The translations under genes and the position numbers were made by a program. A stretch of DNA of 64,000 bases, taken from the NCBI GenBank assembly GCA_965231165.1, contig OZ246421.1, positions 2,300,755 through 2,364,754 of the forward strand, read 5' to 3'. This DNA is from an uncultured Micavibrio sp. Its GTDB lineage: Bacteria; Pseudomonadota; Alphaproteobacteria; Micavibrionales; Micavibrionaceae. How positions within the stretch are numbered: the first letter of the stretch is position 1; each line of letters starts with the position of its first letter. The notes beneath the pieces are model-generated. The model did no database searches. It had not been told where the DNA came from and saw only the letters and a program-made list of their open reading frames with translations. This document shows positions 37,083 through 45,411 of the stretch, one piece after another.

Positions 37083-38942
37083 ATGAAAGCGCTTGCAAGA
37101 ATTATTGTGGGATTAGTGCTGTTGGCTGTGGTCGTGGTCGGGGGTGCGGCGGTGGCGCTGATGGCGGTTGATCCTAATTCTTATAAAGGGCAGATATCCG
37201 CTGCCGTAAAGGAATCTACCGGGCGCAATCTGGCCATTGCGGGCGATATCGATGTGATGTTCTATCCCGTTCTGGGTTTCAAGGTGGCGGGTCTGGCGCT
37301 GGGTAATCCTGCGGGTTTTGCCGAAAAAGAATTCATCAATGCCAATGAAGTGCAGGCGGGCGTGAAGATCATTCCGCTCTTGAGCAAAAAAATTGAAGTG
37401 ACGACGGTGCGTCTGGTGAAGCCGTCGATTACCGTGGTTAAAAATGCCGATGGCAAAACCAATCTTGAATTGCCGAAAAAGGAATCTGCCGATAAAGCGG
37501 CGACCCCGAATTTCGATATCAGTGTTGAGGCCATAGAGGTCAGCGATGCGCAGGTGACGTATATTGATAAGGCCACCGGTAAAACCACCAGCATTACCCC
37601 CTTAAACCTGAAGATGCCGGGTTATGCGCCGGGGCGTGATATTCCTGTGTCGCTGGATATGGTGATCAACGATCCGGCACCGGCCAAGCCTATAAAACTT
37701 GATGTCTCGGCGACGATGAATGCCCGTCCTGATAAGGGGGAATTTACGTTTCGCGATGTGAAATCGAATATCGATCTCGGCGGCGCAAAGGCAGAGGCGA
37801 CGGCGCAGGTCACGTTGAATACCAAAACAAAGGAAATTTCTATTGCCGATCTGGAAGCCGGCTGGCAGGGCACCAGCCTGAAAGGTCAGGCGACGGTCAA
37901 AAATTTCACTAATCCGGCTGTTACTTTTGATGTGTCATCACCCTCCGTCGATCTGGATGCGCTGCTGCCCAAAGACCCGGCGCAGGCCAAGAACAACAAT
38001 AAACCGCTGCTGCCGGTAGATATGTTGCGCAAGCTGACGCTTGATGGTAAGGCGGCGATTGGCACATTGAAAACGGCGGGGCTGACCATGAGCAATGTCC
38101 GTCTTGATGTCACGGCGCGTGACGGTGTGCTGAATGCCAGTCCGCTGACGCTGAATATGTATGACGGCGCATTGAATACGAATGTGCGGATAGATGCCCG
38201 TGGCGCGGCCCCGGCCTTCAATATCAAGGGCGGCTTGAAGGGTATGGAAGTCGGCAAATTTTTGACTGCCAAGATGGGGCAGGATTACCTGACAGGTGTT
38301 GCCAATATCGATTTCGACCTGAACAGCCGGGGCAATACGATGGATGCGCTGAACAAGGCCTCCGGCGGCCGGATAGGGTTTGATTTTGGCAAAGGCTATA
38401 TCAACAAATGGCAGCTTTCGAAACTGATCAATCAGGCGCTGGCCTATATTGAAACCGGCAAGCTTGATCCGAATGCCGATGACAAGGTGTATTTTACATC
38501 GCTGCATGGTGTTTTCAGCGGCCAGAATGGCGTGTTCAGCAATGACAACCTTGTGCTGGTCGGGCCGAAGAGTCACGCGCTGGGTTCCGGTACCGTCAAT
38601 CTCGGCGCGCAGAGCGTGAATTACGCGGTGCGCGTGGGCGGCGGCGATGACCCTGAAAAATTCGCACAGGCCAAACATCTGCCGGTCCGTATTCAAGGGC
38701 CGCTTTCCAAACCGTCTTATGCGCTGGACATGCAGTCCCTGATCGAGGACGCCGCCAGCCAGAAGATCGAGGAGAAGAAAGAGGAGCTGATGGAGAACCT
38801 GTTCAAGAAGCTCGACCGCAGCAGCGAAACGTCTTCGCCATCAGAGCCTTCGGCGACCGATCCTGCCGCTATCGAACCGGCCGCTCCGCCTACACCTGAG
38901 AAAGAGCTTGATCCACTGAAATCACTGCTGCAGGGGTTATAA
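37083..38942 (+). CDS. asmA: AsmA family outer-membrane biogenesis protein
   Basis: N-terminal TM anchor (MKALARIIVGLVLLAVVVVGG), a long beta-rich repetitive body, and an AsmA_2-like C-terminus. GGGAG RBS upstream. Confidence 0.8.
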   Translation: MKALARIIVGLVLLAVVVVGGAAVALMAVDPNSYKGQISAAVKESTGRNLAIAGDIDVMFYPVLGFKVAGLALGNPAGFAEKEFINANEVQAGVKIIPLLSKKIEVTTVRLVKPSITVVKNADGKTNLELPKKESADKAATPNFDISVEAIEVSDAQVTYIDKATGKTTSITPLNLKMPGYAPGRDIPVSLDMVINDPAPAKPIKLDVSATMNARPDKGEFTFRDVKSNIDLGGAKAEATAQVTLNTKTKEISIADLEAGWQGTSLKGQATVKNFTNPAVTFDVSSPSVDLDALLPKDPAQAKNNNKPLLPVDMLRKLTLDGKAAIGTLKTAGLTMSNVRLDVTARDGVLNASPLTLNMYDGALNTNVRIDARGAAPAFNIKGGLKGMEVGKFLTAKMGQDYLTGVANIDFDLNSRGNTMDALNKASGGRIGFDFGKGYINKWQLSKLINQALAYIETGKLDPNADDKVYFTSLHGVFSGQNGVFSNDNLVLVGPKSHALGSGTVNLGAQSVNYAVRVGGGDDPEKFAQAKHLPVRIQGPLSKPSYALDMQSLIEDAASQKIEEKKEELMENLFKKLDRSSETSSPSEPSATDPAAIEPAAPPTPEKELDPLKSLLQGL

Positions 38943-39041
38943 GCCCCTGTTTTGGGTCTGTTTTTAGCCTGTGCCGCATAAACCAGTTGAACTGCTGCCG
39001 TATTCAAGGGTAGAAATGGGACGTTCTTCCTAAAAGAACAG

Positions 39042-39118
39042 GCGCTCGTAGCTCAGCTGGATAGAGTATTGGTTTCCGAAACCAAGGGTCGTAGGTTCGA
39101 GTCCTACCGGGCGCGCCA
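39042..39118 (+). tRNA. tRNA-Arg (anticodon CCG), CCA encoded
   Basis: Hand-folded cloverleaf. The acceptor is GCGCTCG/CGGGCGC, the D arm is GCTC/GAGT, and the anticodon arm is TTGGT-TTCCGAA-ACCAA. The T arm is GTAGG-TTCGAGT-CCTAC, followed by GCCA. Confidence 0.92.
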
Positions 39119-39393
39119 ACTAGTCCTAAGTGCTTGATATATATAGCAAAACATCGAAAAATGGCGCCAACAGCGGGCTGCTTGGATGCCTATATCTGAT
39201 GGGACTCTGAGAGAGCGATAAATCTCTGAAAAATATGAGCTTTCTCTCAAAAAGGGGTACCCCAAGTCCCACCTGTTTGACTCTTTCTCTGAGAGTCCTG
39301 TTCTACTCGCAGTCTCCGGGAGGTCTCGAACCTCCGGCCTGTGGTTTAGTAAAACACTAGACAATATTTCTTGCCGACAGGTTATACATAGAC

Positions 39394-40509
39394 ATGAGTG
39401 CTCATAAAGATTTTGAAATTTTTCTTGCCACAGCGCCGGGCCTTGAAAGCTTGCTTTGCGATGAAGTTCGCACCAAAGGATTCAAACAGGCAAAGGCAAT
39501 CCCCGGCGGTGTCATCATTCAGGGGGGGTGGCCGGAAGTCTGGCGTGCAAACCTATGGATTCGCGGTGCTTCACGCGTATTGGCACGTATCGATTCATTT
39601 CAGGTATTGCACCTTTCGCAACTCGACAAACGCGCCCGTGAAGTAGCGTGGAGCAGCATCATCTCTCCTGAAACACCTTTTCGTGTCGAAGCCGTCTGTT
39701 CAAAATCCCGCATTTATCATGAAGGTGCAGCCGCCGAGCGTATTGAGAAGGCGATTACTGAAACGTTGAAAGCCTCGCATTCACCGGATGCGGAAATAAC
39801 TGTGATGGTGCGCATTGAACGTGATATTTGCACGATCAGCGTCGATACGTCTGGTGAGTTGCTACACAAGCGCGGCTATAAAGAGTCGGTCAACAAAGCG
39901 CCGATGCGCGAAAATATGGCGGCACTATTTCTGCAACAATGCGGATATAAAGGCACCGAACCCGTTTTCGACCCGATGTGCGGTTCCGGCACTTTCGTGA
40001 TTGAAGCGGCAGAAATCGCTGCCCGCCTCAATCCCGGGCGGGCGCGGCATTTCGCGTTTGAGAATTTCGTCAATTTCGACCCGGCAGCATGGGAGAAGAT
40101 GCGAAGCGTTCATCGGCAAGCTTCTCCTGAGTTTCATTTATACGGCAGCGATAGGGATGAAGGTGCCGTAAAGATGAGCAGTGAAAACGCTGCGCGCGCC
40201 GGTGTCACGGAATTAACGGAATTTACGCAGCGAACGATCAGCGATATTACTCCACCGACCAGTGCGCCGGGTCTTGTCATCGTTAACCCGCCCTACGGCA
40301 CACGCATCGGAGATAAAAGAAAGCTGCTGCCGCTTTATCAAACACTCGGAGAAGTCTTGCGCGCCCGTTTTTCAAACTGGCGTATTGGGATCATCACGAC
40401 CGATGCCGCCTTGGCGAAAGCGACCAGTTTGCCATTTTTGCCTACCACTGCTCCGGTTCAGCATGGCGGCTTGCGCGTAACCTTGTTCCGCACAGAACCA
40501 CTTACATAA
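39394..40509 (+). CDS. THUMP-domain class I SAM-dependent RNA methyltransferase (RlmL N-terminal-half/COG0116-like)
   Basis: N-terminal THUMP-like region, a DPMCGSGTF SAM motif and an NPPYG catalytic motif. Confidence 0.8.
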   Translation: MSAHKDFEIFLATAPGLESLLCDEVRTKGFKQAKAIPGGVIIQGGWPEVWRANLWIRGASRVLARIDSFQVLHLSQLDKRAREVAWSSIISPETPFRVEAVCSKSRIYHEGAAAERIEKAITETLKASHSPDAEITVMVRIERDICTISVDTSGELLHKRGYKESVNKAPMRENMAALFLQQCGYKGTEPVFDPMCGSGTFVIEAAEIAARLNPGRARHFAFENFVNFDPAAWEKMRSVHRQASPEFHLYGSDRDEGAVKMSSENAARAGVTELTEFTQRTISDITPPTSAPGLVIVNPPYGTRIGDKRKLLPLYQTLGEVLRARFSNWRIGIITTDAALAKATSLPFLPTTAPVQHGGLRVTLFRTEPLT

Positions 40510-40785
40510 TCGTCCTGCGATTTATAAAATATGGCGTGGCGGACTGGATTCTAACTTTTTCTCACGGGTTATGAGACGAGTCCTGCCCAACGCGCCTAGA
40601 ATAGGGCGCGTAAGTCTCCCTCACTAACCCTGGTTAATTCATTAACTACTTATCCGGCCAGTAATTATAAATCCTGATCTCATTATTTATACCATCCTTA
40701 TACTCTCGTGCTCTTTGCCCATCGTTTCCTGATGTCTGCACTGTCATAGTGGGCTTCTTAAATTACATGAAAAAGAAATAAAGGA

Positions 40786-41451
40786 ATGCCCATGAAAAAT
40801 GGTTTTGCTCTCAGAACTACTCTGCTCTGCACAGTCACGCTTTGTTTAGCTTCATATTCAGCCCATGGCCAAAGTGTCACGTCAGGGCCACGCTATATGC
40901 CAAGAGAAGACATTTCAGATCGCAATTATACGCAAATTGAACGTACCCAAGATCGTATGGATAAAAAATCGTATGAACAATACGAACAAAGAGAGCCGTG
41001 CCAGAATTATCGTGATTTGCCACGTAATCAGACCGATAACTGCTCTGTCTCTCAAGAGGTCGTTGATTTAGGCCCTATTGAAATATCCTCAACTAAGATA
41101 AGGAAATTGTTACCAATCATTCATTCCTACACTGTTCTGTTTGATTTTGATAAATCCAGCATTCGCGCCAATGAAATGGCAACACTTGATCAAGTCATGC
41201 ACGAGATCGGTAAATATAATCCTGAACAAATTACAGTGACCGGCTATACCGATAGCTCCGGCGCTGCGGCGTATAATCAAGCGCTATCTCTTTTGCGTGA
41301 GCAGGCGGTTTCTAGAGCGTTACTGGGGCGGGGCATAGAAAATCAAGCTATAGAGCGGGAGGCGCGCGGCGAATTTAATCAGGCCGTGGTCACACCGGAT
41401 GATACAAAGAATCAAGAAAATCGCCGCGTTGTTATTGATCTTCGTCGCTGA
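40786..41451 (+). CDS. OmpA-family protein (C-terminal OmpA/peptidoglycan-binding domain)
   Basis: Signal peptide, then VTGYTDSSGAAAYNQALSLLREQAV...NRRVVIDL. An alternative start is ATG 40792. Confidence 0.85.
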   Translation: MPMKNGFALRTTLLCTVTLCLASYSAHGQSVTSGPRYMPREDISDRNYTQIERTQDRMDKKSYEQYEQREPCQNYRDLPRNQTDNCSVSQEVVDLGPIEISSTKIRKLLPIIHSYTVLFDFDKSSIRANEMATLDQVMHEIGKYNPEQITVTGYTDSSGAAAYNQALSLLREQAVSRALLGRGIENQAIEREARGEFNQAVVTPDDTKNQENRRVVIDLRR

Positions 41452-41480
41452 AAAACACACAAACTATCAGGATAAAAACC

Positions 41481-41948
41481 ATGAAAATAAAAGATATTAT
41501 GAGCAAAAACGTACAAGTTGTAGCGCCTGATACACGGCTTCACGAGGTTGCAAAGAAAATGCAGAAAAATGATTGCGGCAGTATTCTGGTGGCCAAGGAT
41601 GATCGCTTGCTAGGCGTTATTACAGATCGCGATCTGGCATTGCGCTGCGTAGCGGCATCCCATCATCCGGAGGAAACCACGGCAGAGGCAGTCATGACGA
41701 AGGATATTTTATATTGTCATGACAGTGATACGTTTGAAGATGTCGCGCTCAATATGACGAAGAACAAAGTGCGCCGTATGCCTGTTCTGGACAAGGACAA
41801 GCGTCTGGTGGGCATCGTTTCTCTCGGTGATATGGCGGCCAATTCAACAGATCAGAATTATTTGATATGCGGAAAGGCCCTAGGCTTTATTTGCGCCGAT
41901 CCTTTGCGCGCCGTTGAAGCCGAAATCAAGGATATACGTCATGCTTAG
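41481..41948 (+). CDS. CBS-domain pair protein
   Basis: Two CBS motifs ([12 protein letters not shown]...GVITDRDL and VMTKDILYC...GIVSLGDM). Confidence 0.85.
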   Translation: MKIKDIMSKNVQVVAPDTRLHEVAKKMQKNDCGSILVAKDDRLLGVITDRDLALRCVAASHHPEETTAEAVMTKDILYCHDSDTFEDVALNMTKNKVRRMPVLDKDKRLVGIVSLGDMAANSTDQNYLICGKALGFICADPLRAVEAEIKDIRHA

Positions 41949-42117
41949 GTGGGCCATTACTTTTCTGGTGATTGCCCTCGTGTCCGGAGTACTTGGCTTT
42001 GGAAATATTGCCGGTTTATCGACAGAGATCGCCCGTATATTATTTGTTGTCTTTCTCGTTCTTTTTATCATTGCTGCCGTGGCCAATGCGCTGCGTGGTA
42101 AAGCCCCAACCCTATAA
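41941..42117 (+). CDS. DUF1328 (YtjA) small membrane protein
   Basis: [25 protein letters not shown]... closely matches the YtjA pattern. Start is ATG 41941. Confidence 0.8.
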   Translation: MLRWAITFLVIALVSGVLGFGNIAGLSTEIARILFVVFLVLFIIAAVANALRGKAPTL

Positions 42118-42131
42118 TGGAGATGTCTCTT

Positions 42132-42269
42132 ATGATCACGAACATACGATTTTCTACACTTTTAACGCTAACCATCATGAGTCTCGGGCTTTGTGCCTGT
42201 GAGACCATGGGCGGTGCTGGCCGCGATATCGAGAAAGCCGGTGAATCCGTTCAAGATGCTGCAGATTAA
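42132..42269 (+). CDS. entericidin A/B family lipoprotein (45 aa; not in the ORF track)
   Basis: MITNIRFSTLLTLTIMSLGLCACETMGGAGRDIEKAGESVQDAAD has a lipobox (LCAC) and the G-x-G-x-DI...G...AA entericidin pattern. An alternative in-frame ATG is at 42123. Confidence 0.65.
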   Translation: MITNIRFSTLLTLTIMSLGLCACETMGGAGRDIEKAGESVQDAAD

Positions 42270-42283
42270 GAAAGAAAACGAAA

Positions 42284-42490
42284 ATGAAAAATAGGAAAAT
42301 ATTTATTATCGCCGCCGTATTGGTGGGCATACTGGGCATTTTGGCTGCTCAAGCATACCAAAACGATCAATCTTCTGAAACTCTTGGCGAAAGCGTCGGC
42401 GAAATTATAGACAGCGCTCACGACGGCGCCAAAGAATTCAAAGAAGAAGTCAAAGATGAGATTGACGATCACACAACAGATAAGCAGTAA
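42284..42490 (+). CDS. small membrane-anchored acidic protein (68 aa)
   Basis: One N-terminal TM segment, then an Asp/Glu/Lys-rich tail (stress-protein-like). No family recognised. Confidence 0.5.
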   Translation: MKNRKIFIIAAVLVGILGILAAQAYQNDQSSETLGESVGEIIDSAHDGAKEFKEEVKDEIDDHTTDKQ

Positions 42491-42493
42491 ACA

Positions 42494-42565
42494 ATGAAAA
42501 GTGTTCTGCTCTGGGTTATCGGTGTGCCGATCCCGATCATCATTCTCTATAATATATTCTATTAA
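42494..42565 (+). CDS. candidate 23-aa hydrophobic micro-protein
   Basis: MKSVLLWVIGVPIPIIILYNIFY. ATG lies 4 nt after the previous stop. Too short for the ORF track. Confidence 0.3.
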   Translation: MKSVLLWVIGVPIPIIILYNIFY

Positions 42566-42634
42566 TCTTTCCAGTATCTAAAATTTTTTGCCATGGAAAA
42601 AATTACAGGGAATTATCAGATCAGGACAAAGCAG

Positions 42635-43366
42635 CTAGGCTATGAGCGCGATCACTTTTTTAGGAAGCATAATGTCGACAATGTCCATCCGGTATCCTAT
42701 TCCGGCCTCCGTGGTGATCAATTTAGGGTCCGCAGAGTTGATTTCTATTTTTTCTCGCAATTGGCCGATAAAGACGCGGAGGTATTGCGTGTCATCACCA
42801 TGCGCCGGGCCCCAGACTTCATGAAGAATTTGTTTGTGCGTCAGCATTTTGCCGCGATGAACCATAAAATAACGCAGAAGATTATATTCCTTGGGCGTAA
42901 AGGAAAGCAGTTTATCATGAAGAAAAACTTCGTGCCGCACCAGGTCCATTCGCAGCGGACCGTTATAAAGTTCCGGATGGCCGGCTTCCTGAATAGCAGA
43001 TTTTCGTAAGGATGCATTGATCCGCGCGTAGAGCACATCAACGTTAAATGGTTTGACTACATAATCATCGGCTCCTAAATCCAATGCAATAATCACGTTT
43101 TCATCCGCCGAATTTTCAGATAGGACAATGATGGGTGTTTGTGACCACTCCCGAATATCGGTGATGACATTTTTGCCCTGCATATCCGGAAGATTAAGAG
43201 CGAGTAGTACCAAATTTGGTTGAGAGGAAGCGCAAAACTGAACGCCTTGCTTACCTGTTTCGCAACCGACTACCTTGAAATCGGGTGAATCCAAAATCAG
43301 GCTCAGCATTTTCTGGGTTTGTGGATCGGTATCGATAACCAAAATGACGTTCTTTTTTGTGTTCAT
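42635..43366 (-). CDS. OmpR/KdpE-family response regulator with the phospho-acceptor Asp replaced by Ala (orphan)
   Basis: Receiver plus winged-helix domains. The beta3 motif reads NLVLLALNLPDMQG (Ala56, codon GCT at 43199-43201) where LD is expected. Ser in PIIVLSE and Lys in DDYVVKPF are retained. Confidence 0.85.
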   Translation of the reverse strand: MNTKKNVILVIDTDPQTQKMLSLILDSPDFKVVGCETGKQGVQFCASSQPNLVLLALNLPDMQGKNVITDIREWSQTPIIVLSENSADENVIIALDLGADDYVVKPFNVDVLYARINASLRKSAIQEAGHPELYNGPLRMDLVRHEVFLHDKLLSFTPKEYNLLRYFMVHRGKMLTHKQILHEVWGPAHGDDTQYLRVFIGQLREKIEINSADPKLITTEAGIGYRMDIVDIMLPKKVIALIA

Positions 43367-43707
43367 TTATTGAGGCATCCAATTTTTGCGCGGCCATCTA
43401 ACTATCTGCGGTTGTTATGACTATCAATTATAAGGGGGAGCTTAGTGTTATCACGCGAGTCCTTAAATAGATAGTTTCCAATATAGCTGCCGAAAATGCA
43501 TGTCTGTGGTGACTGAAAATATTCTTGGGCGGGCAGGACGCTAACTTGTCTCAGCTCTGTAAATTCAGAGAAAATCGTTAGAAACTTGCTCTCGCGAAGC
43601 GTCATTTACATAGAGCCCCCCCCCTGCGGTGATTTTTTAACATTGTTTGCCGTGCAATCAGATGCTTATCATGGCATCTAATCATAAAAAGCTATCACAG
43701 AGAGATT

Positions 43708-45408
43708 ATGGCCATGACTGCACAACCAGCACTTAAAAGCCACAACGTGGTCAGGGCCTCTAGGGCTCTTACGCCTTCGACCAAGGCGGGCTGGCTGACG
43801 GAAGCGCCGTTGCGCATGCTGATGAATAATCTTGATCCCGATGTCGCTGAAAACCCCGATGAGTTGGTAGTTTATGGCGGTATCGGCAAGGCGGCGCGCA
43901 ATTGGGAATGTTTTGATCGCATCGTTGAAACGCTGCAAAATCTGGCTGCCGATGAAACGTTGCTGGTGCAATCAGGCAAGCCGGTGGGTGTGTTTAAAAC
44001 CCATGCGGATGCGCCGCGGGTGCTGATCGCCAATTCCAATCTGGTGCCGCACTGGGCGACCTGGGAGCATTTCCGCGAGCTCGATAAAAAAGGCCTGATG
44101 ATGTACGGCCAGATGACGGCGGGATCGTGGATTTATATCGGTTCGCAAGGCATCGTGCAGGGTACTTATGAAACGTTTGCCGAGGCCGGACGGCAGCATT
44201 TCAACGGGCAGATGGCCGGAAAATGGATTCTGACTGGCGGTTTGGGCGGCATGGGCGGGGCGCAGCCATTAGCGGCGACCATGGCTGGCGCGTCGATGCT
44301 GGCGGTGGAATGCCGCGAGGCGCATATCCAGCGCCGCCTGGATACACGCTATCTTGATCGGCGCGCCGATACGCTGGATGAGGCGCTGGCGATTATTGAG
44401 GATTCCCACAAACAGGGTAAGCCTGTTTCCGTTGGGCTGTTGGGCAATGCCGCTGACATCTTCCCTGAAATCGCGCATAAGGCCAAAACCGACAAGCGTT
44501 ATCGTCCTGATGCAGTGACCGACCAGACCAGCGCCCATGACCCGTTGAACGGTTATCTGCCCAAAGGCTGGAGCCTTGATAAAGCGGCGGCGATGCGGCT
44601 TGAAAATCCGGATGCTGTTGTCAAAGCGGCGATGGAATCGATGAAGCTTCAGGTGCAGGCGATGCTGGCGTTGCACGACATGGACATCCCCGTGTTCGAC
44701 TACGGCAATAATATTCGCCAGATGGCGCTGGAGGCGGGGGAGGCCCGCGCTTTTGAGTTTCCCGGTTTTGTCCCCGCTTATATCCGGCCTCTGTTTTGCC
44801 GTGGCATCGGGCCGTTCCGCTGGGCGGCGCTTTCTGGTGACCCTGAAGATATTTATAAAACTGATGCCAAGGTGAAAGAGCTGATCCCCGATGATACGCA
44901 TCTGCATAACTGGCTTGATATGGCGCGGGAGCGGATCAAATTTCAGGGGTTGCCTGCGCGTATCTGCTGGCTGGGTTTGGGGCAGCGCGCTAAAATCGGT
45001 CTGGCGTTGAATGAGATGGTCGCCCGCGGAGAATTAAAGGCGCCGTTGGTTATTGGCCGCGATCATCTGGATTCCGGCTCGGTCGCCAGCCCCAACCGTG
45101 AAACCGAAGGCATGATTGATGGTTCCGATGCCGTGTCAGACTGGCCGTTGCTGAATGCTTTATTGAACTGTGCATCGGGCGCGACATGGGTGTCGCTGCA
45201 CCATGGCGGCGGCGTTGGCATGGGTTATTCGCAGCATTCTGGTATGGTGGTTGTGTGCGATGGTACGCCAGAGGCGGCGGCGCGACTTGAGCGTGTGCTG
45301 ACCAATGATCCCGGCACGGGCGTGATGCGCCATGCCGATGCGGGTTACGATATCGCGATTGCCTGCGCTAAAGAACAGGGACTGAAGCTGCCAATGGTCA
45401 GGGGTTAG
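43708..45408 (+). CDS. hutU: urocanate hydratase
   Basis: [45 protein letters not shown] and [22 protein letters not shown]. Confidence 0.96.
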   Translation: MAMTAQPALKSHNVVRASRALTPSTKAGWLTEAPLRMLMNNLDPDVAENPDELVVYGGIGKAARNWECFDRIVETLQNLAADETLLVQSGKPVGVFKTHADAPRVLIANSNLVPHWATWEHFRELDKKGLMMYGQMTAGSWIYIGSQGIVQGTYETFAEAGRQHFNGQMAGKWILTGGLGGMGGAQPLAATMAGASMLAVECREAHIQRRLDTRYLDRRADTLDEALAIIEDSHKQGKPVSVGLLGNAADIFPEIAHKAKTDKRYRPDAVTDQTSAHDPLNGYLPKGWSLDKAAAMRLENPDAVVKAAMESMKLQVQAMLALHDMDIPVFDYGNNIRQMALEAGEARAFEFPGFVPAYIRPLFCRGIGPFRWAALSGDPEDIYKTDAKVKELIPDDTHLHNWLDMARERIKFQGLPARICWLGLGQRAKIGLALNEMVARGELKAPLVIGRDHLDSGSVASPNRETEGMIDGSDAVSDWPLLNALLNCASGATWVSLHHGGGVGMGYSQHSGMVVVCDGTPEAAARLERVLTNDPGTGVMRHADAGYDIAIACAKEQGLKLPMVRG

Positions 45409-45411
45409 GAC

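Noticed and set aside
37938-38696. 252-aa minus-strand ORF
   Set aside because: It is antisense to asmA and has shadow-ORF composition.
39201-39270. Cloverleaf-like arrangement (GGGACT...AGTCCC enclosing three small hairpins) considered as a tRNA
   Set aside because: It has no T-loop or anticodon-loop geometry. The GGGGTACCCC palindrome cannot form a 7-nt loop, and the stem lengths do not fit a tRNA.
39104-39364. 86-aa minus-strand ORF
   Set aside because: It overlaps the 3' end of tRNA-Arg and the structured spacer. It has no RBS and no family.
41972-42202. 76-aa plus-strand ORF from the track
   Set aside because: It is out of frame with, and overlaps, the well-supported DUF1328 gene and the entericidin-like sORF.
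40556-42300. Search for alphaproteobacterial general-stress (EcfG-type) promoters GGAAC-N16/17-CGTT upstream of the islet genes
   Set aside because: I found no GGAAC box at the right distance from any CGTT in the ompA-like, CBS or small-protein leaders. A stress-sigma link therefore cannot be claimed from sequence.
43506-43530. Possible second copy (GTGGTGACTGAAAATATTCT) of the tRNA-like fragment at 40532-40555, which would mark the right end of the low-GC islet
   Set aside because: It matches only about 11 of 13 positions and needs a 4-nt gap. That is too weak to call a direct repeat by eye and needs a proper alignment.
43402-43605. 67-aa minus-strand ORF in the response-regulator/hutU intergenic region
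   Set aside because: It has no convincing RBS (only a distant G-run), no TM or family motif, and lies in an AT-rich promoter region. It is possibly real but unsupported.
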